NCBI GenBank assembly: GCA_963693365.1 | Contig: CAVNZM010000014.1 | Span: 3,782,001-3,846,000, forward strand | From: Amoebidium appalachense | Taxonomy: Eukaryota > Protista > Ichthyosporea | Direction of reading: 5' to 3' | Length of the DNA: 64,000 bases | In this document: positions 27,052 through 64,000 of the stretch, piece by piece | Position numbering within the stretch: the first letter of the stretch is position 1 | Layout: each line of letters begins with the position of its first letter | Notes under the pieces: generated by a model | Databases searched by the model: none | Told to the model about the DNA's origin: nothing | What the model saw: only the letters and a program-made list of their open reading frames with translations | Made by a program: the position numbers and the translations under genes

Positions 27052-27988
27052 GGGTGATCAGCTGTGCTCACTGTGACTGTGCGAACTGTTTTCATCGCAA
27101 CGGCTTTTATACCTGGATATTTGGTGCGCACGCCCAGAAGGCTCTTCGGTCCACCACCAATCAAACCCATGCTATCACATGCCCTGCATGTGATCTTTTG
27201 CCGCAGATTCAAAGCTCCCCAAAGGCAGCATGTTCATATCATTAAATTATTCAGCTCTGATTTTCAAAATTATTTTGAATGATAACCGTTGTCTTCATAT
27301 CTTTAATGTGTATTATTTTGGAGAATTTTCATTTTAGATGAAACCCGAGGAGATTTTCCCAGAGTCAACGACGCAAGACTACATGCAGTACATGGACTTT
27401 GGAATGTCTATTTTGATTGGTTTGTCCCATCCCGACTTCTGGCGAAAAACGCCGAAAAGCAGAGGTGGGTAAAAACGTTGAGCCACAAATTCCCGGGCTT
27501 TATTCCACATCTTCCTTTATTTGATTTATAGAGATGAATCATGGTAAAAACTCTTTTCAATGAAAAAAACTTTGATAAATTAATCACAACTATATTACAA
27601 ATAACAAAACTTATAGTTCATAGAGTTGATATTTCATCCTTCAGTTTTTCAATGCTTTGTGAGCTTGCAACTTGCAAGTGATTGGGTTTTAATGAGTGAG
27701 TGATGATTCGTTACGCATATTAATGGTCAGCGCTGCCGTCAACGCGTCATTGTACCCGTGCGCAGCGACGTCCTAGTGCCTTGCGATGAAAGTGGGCAAC
27801 AAAAACATTTCGTGATCACAAGGTTGGCATAATATACTGCTCCTACCTTAACTTGAATGTTGTTTGCAAACCTGTGGCTTCAAATTTTTTAATTATTTAA
27901 ATGGTTATTAATTCGAGTAATGGGCAATGTGTATATTTATGAAGCACTCAGGCTGCGCTTACCGTCGGCTGGTTTATTTGATTTGCAC

Positions 27989-28243
27989 TATTCAGGGCCA
28001 GGGCAAGCCCGAAAATTCGGATTTGTTTCTTGGTATTTTTTCAAGCCCCGGAGTGTTTTTGCCTGGGGTGTATGGTATTTTTCATCCCCAGTCAAAGGGG
28101 GTAAAGGGGGGTTCCTTTTTAAGCTTACCATAAAATTTGCGGAGGCTTACCATAAACTGAAAATTTGATGGTATTTTTGAAAAGTTTAGGGTATTTTTTA
28201 CCGTAAAAACGGGGTTATGGTCGGGCCTGGGCCAGGGGATAGA
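27989..28243. mobile_element. Possible degenerate MITE
   Basis: Imperfect inverted ends (CAGGGCCAGGGCAAGCCCGA ... TCGGGCCTGGGCCAGGGG) and four internal GGTATTTTT repeats; no clear TSD. Confidence 0.25.
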
Positions 28244-29866
28244 GTAGTCAGGAATGAGCACCAATTGAATGCCATCATCCTCCTTGACTCGGAGAGATCT
28301 AAAATAGAAGCAAACTGAGTCTGACCAACGAAGAACGTACATTTTTTTGCATCTGCTCTAAGGTTTGATTTAACAAGAATTTGTATGAAAAATGCAAGCC
28401 TCACAAATACAAACCCTATTAGCCTATTGGAACCTTCAAGAAAAGGAATCGACCGGGAAGGCTGAGTCACATGACTGCGGCGCGTGCCAAACGGATCAAG
28501 CTCACGCACGGCCCGGCTCATACTGCGTGACTGCCAACTTCCAAGTTACGGTGCCAAGCTCTTGGCCCTCGCAGGGCTGAATGCACATTTAAATATAAAA
28601 AAGACCAGAATAAAAAGAAAAATAAGGAAAATCTTGAAATTTAACATGTTAATAGAGCATGACAAATGGGTTGCAGATGCCAAAAGGCTTGTCGGATTCA
28701 GCCGGTATCATCGCGGTCCTGCGTGAGCCTCACGTCACCCGACCTCAAATCCCTTGGATCGATTGGCCTATAGTCACGAAGGGACTAATGCTACTCAAGG
28801 ATTGGATGGTTTGTTTGATTGGCTGTACTCTTCGAAGGTGTTCTCTGCAACTCCTTTCGAAAGTTCTATGAGGTTTTTCCAAATTGCGACCTACTAGTTT
28901 TAAAATAAAAACGTCAAATTAGTGACAAAAAGACGCGTGTTGTTCATTTGGAAACCCAAAAATTTATTATATTATTGGTGTGTAGGATTTGTGCTTCTAG
29001 TTAACTTTATTATTTACGTCAATAATAAATATCAAAAATTGTTGATTCTTGAAAATTTTAAGGGGAACAGAAACGACAATGAGCCCCACAACAGAAAGTG
29101 TTGGAGGATTATTCGATAGGGCTTGGAAAAATGCTCGAGTGTCACAATCTGAAAATTTACTAAAAAATGATGTTGGCCCTGGACTGCTCTCGTACCCCCG
29201 GATTTTGGGAATTGTTTCTAGCTCGTGAACAATGCAATCGCTTGCATCCAAACCGATCGCATTCCGATCAATGCGCCTCGACCCTTGCGCCAATTCCGTT
29301 TTCGCCGGACCCAGCCTCGGATTGGGCTGCGGTGTGGCTGCGCTCGGCTACGTTTTGCCAGACCCGGCTACGTATACAGAAAGCTACTGAGTAATCTTCC
29401 GCCGTATAATACCGTAGCTCTACCGTACAAAACACATTCCCGAAAGCAGAGAAAGCATGTGCGTGCACATGCGAATGCACATACAAAGCACAGGTACAAA
29501 TGTACAGTTTCATTGTCACAAGCGCGCCCGCGTGTTTGTGAGGCACAAAGCTCAGCAGTGTACAAGCTAGGCAAGCCTTTAATTTTGCATTACTCAAACG
29601 ACAGAGCTGCTTTCTTGAATACTCGCCCAGTAGTACTCGTAAAGTTATGATCTATCCTGTTGAAATCGTGAGATCACTCTTAAATAAGTAGCTGTCCAAA
29701 CATGCAGTCGTAAATAAGTAGCTGTCCAAACATGCAGTCGATCCTGTTCTCGTGTGCAGTGTTTGACGGTGTGTGCGTACGTAACGATGATTTTGAGCAT
29801 CACTGGTGAGTGCGCATGCCACGCCTGCGCGCGTTTGTGCCACGGTCTCTCTCTCTCTCTCTCTCT

Positions 29867-29924
<58 letters not shown>

Positions 29925-29989
29925 CCCCCCCCCCCCCCCCCTCCCTCCCTCCCCCTCCCTCCCCCCCCCCTCCCCTCCCCCCCGGCCCC

Positions 29990-30046
<57 letters not shown>

Positions 30047-30427
30047 CCCCTCCCCCCCCCCCCCCCCCCCCCCCCTCCCCTCCCCCCCCCCTCCCCTCCC
30101 TCCCCCCCCTCCCTCCCTCCCCCCTCCCTCTTCTCTCTCTCTCTCTCTCTGCGTGTGTGTGTGCGTGTGTGTGTGTGCGTGTGTGTGTTTGTTTCACAGT
30201 GTATGCGTGTGTGCACGTGTGCATGCATGTACGTATATGTGAGAACATGCGCTTTTGAGTTTTGTGGAGTACGAGTGCATGGGAACAGGTGTACATTTGT
30301 CATAAGACGGTTCTGTAAGTGCTGGTCTTCTTTCTGCTCTCCCTTAATTCCTCCTCCGGAAAATTTCTATCTGTCCCCCCCCCCCCCCCCCCCTCCCCCC
30401 TCCCCCCACCACACAAAGGCAGTCTCC

Positions 30428-30458
<31 letters not shown>

Positions 30459-30968
30459 CCCCCCCCCCCCCCCCGGCCCCCTCACCTCCCCCCTCCCTGC
30501 CTCCCTTTGTGTGTGTGTGTGCGCGCGCATGCGTGTTTGGGCCCGTGCATCTGTTTGGTTAATTGAGGGATTTGGGGGGATTCATCAGCTAGGCCGGCCA
30601 TGATGCATGAAAGACCAGGCTCAGGGAAGGGTTTTTCTGGACGACCATACAGGTGCGCTTGAAAAAGTACATGTGCCGGCCACGTTGCAACGTCGTGCAC
30701 GAAACAAAGGTCAAACAAAACTCAAGCACGTAGTTTACTGTCCCTCCTGCGGAGACTCAGTCTGCAGGCGCATGTACATGTGCAGCCGCATACCCAAGTT
30801 AGATATGTACATATCCGCATATCAGAGCAATTATATGTTCCACACACGAAATTTCAGCGCCTTTTCAAACCAAATACAGGTTAAGGCAGAGCCCATGAGT
30901 GGTCATAGTGGCATGACGGTGGATCTGGCAGCCAGTACCAGGACCCATCAAAACATTGCACACCTGTT

Positions 30969-31005
<37 letters not shown>

Positions 31006-31481
31006 TTACCAGGCTCAGTGCAAGATCCATCTCTGGAAGATCTACGCAACACAACCAACTACTAGAGCAAGCACAGCTCGAAAATACTACGACTAGGAAT
31101 TTATGTCGACAAATAACACAAGCATCTCTAACAAAACCAGAAGAAATCGATAGAGTATCGGTCACTGTCAATAACACGACTTGAGCATACACTAGATCGT
31201 GAAGCGGTTGCAAATTCCCCCCTTCCTTCCCCCCCCCCCCCCCCCCCCCCCCTCAGTTGATCACTTTTCCCAAAGGCTTATAAATAACATCTGGGCGACT
31301 TGCTTTATGTGTTGCTACACGCCAAGCCCATCCCTCACAACCATCACAACATCTCGTAATCTTGTCTAAAACATCGAAATTTCGTAAGTCTATGTTTCTC
31401 ATACAGGCAAAAACAGCACACATGCATATACATATACACTAGGGTAAATTTCACTCTTGCACACCCAAGAACCACCCCATT

Positions 31482-64000
<32,519 letters not shown>

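Noticed and set aside
16000-31400. A fungal-style GAG gene cluster (epimerase, deacetylase, GH114, GH135) downstream of the Gtb3-like gene
   Set aside because: No recognisable motifs of these enzymes in the window; partners could lie beyond the right edge or elsewhere.

Overview
Eukaryotic, very intron-rich genomic DNA with GT-AG introns filled by (GT/CA)n, (GA)n and long poly-G/poly-C tracts; most ORFs in the supplied track are translations of these repeats. Three genes could be spliced by hand with consistent intron phases. (1) A 7-exon topoisomerase VI subunit A gene (TOP6A/SPO11-3 type; minus, 8937-15871) with a palindromic E2F site and a CCAAT box upstream. (2) A spliced, apparently dead KDZ (Kyakuja/Dileera/Zisupton)-like transposase gene with SWIM and zinc-knuckle motifs (plus, 18285-21604). 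(3) A giant membrane-bound GT4 glycosyltransferase with at least 45 exons and about 2800 aa in the window, resembling fungal Gtb3 (galactosaminogalactan synthase) and bacterial PelF and ending in a proline-rich SH3-ligand tail (minus, 31482 to beyond 64000). Also present: the first exon of a secreted protein, an intronless coiled-coil/bZIP-like ORF, a piggyBac-type MITE, a Tc1/mariner-type MITE inserted into a splice donor, a ~275-bp fold-back element and a dispersed intronic repeat family. Unusual patterns are repeated decayed copies of exon ends with their splice sites, and introns with mutually complementary repeats at their two ends. A SPO11-3-type gene suggests a non-fungal, non-animal unicellular eukaryote (inference only; the taxon cannot be fixed from the window). 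Family assignments rest on recalled motifs, not database searches.
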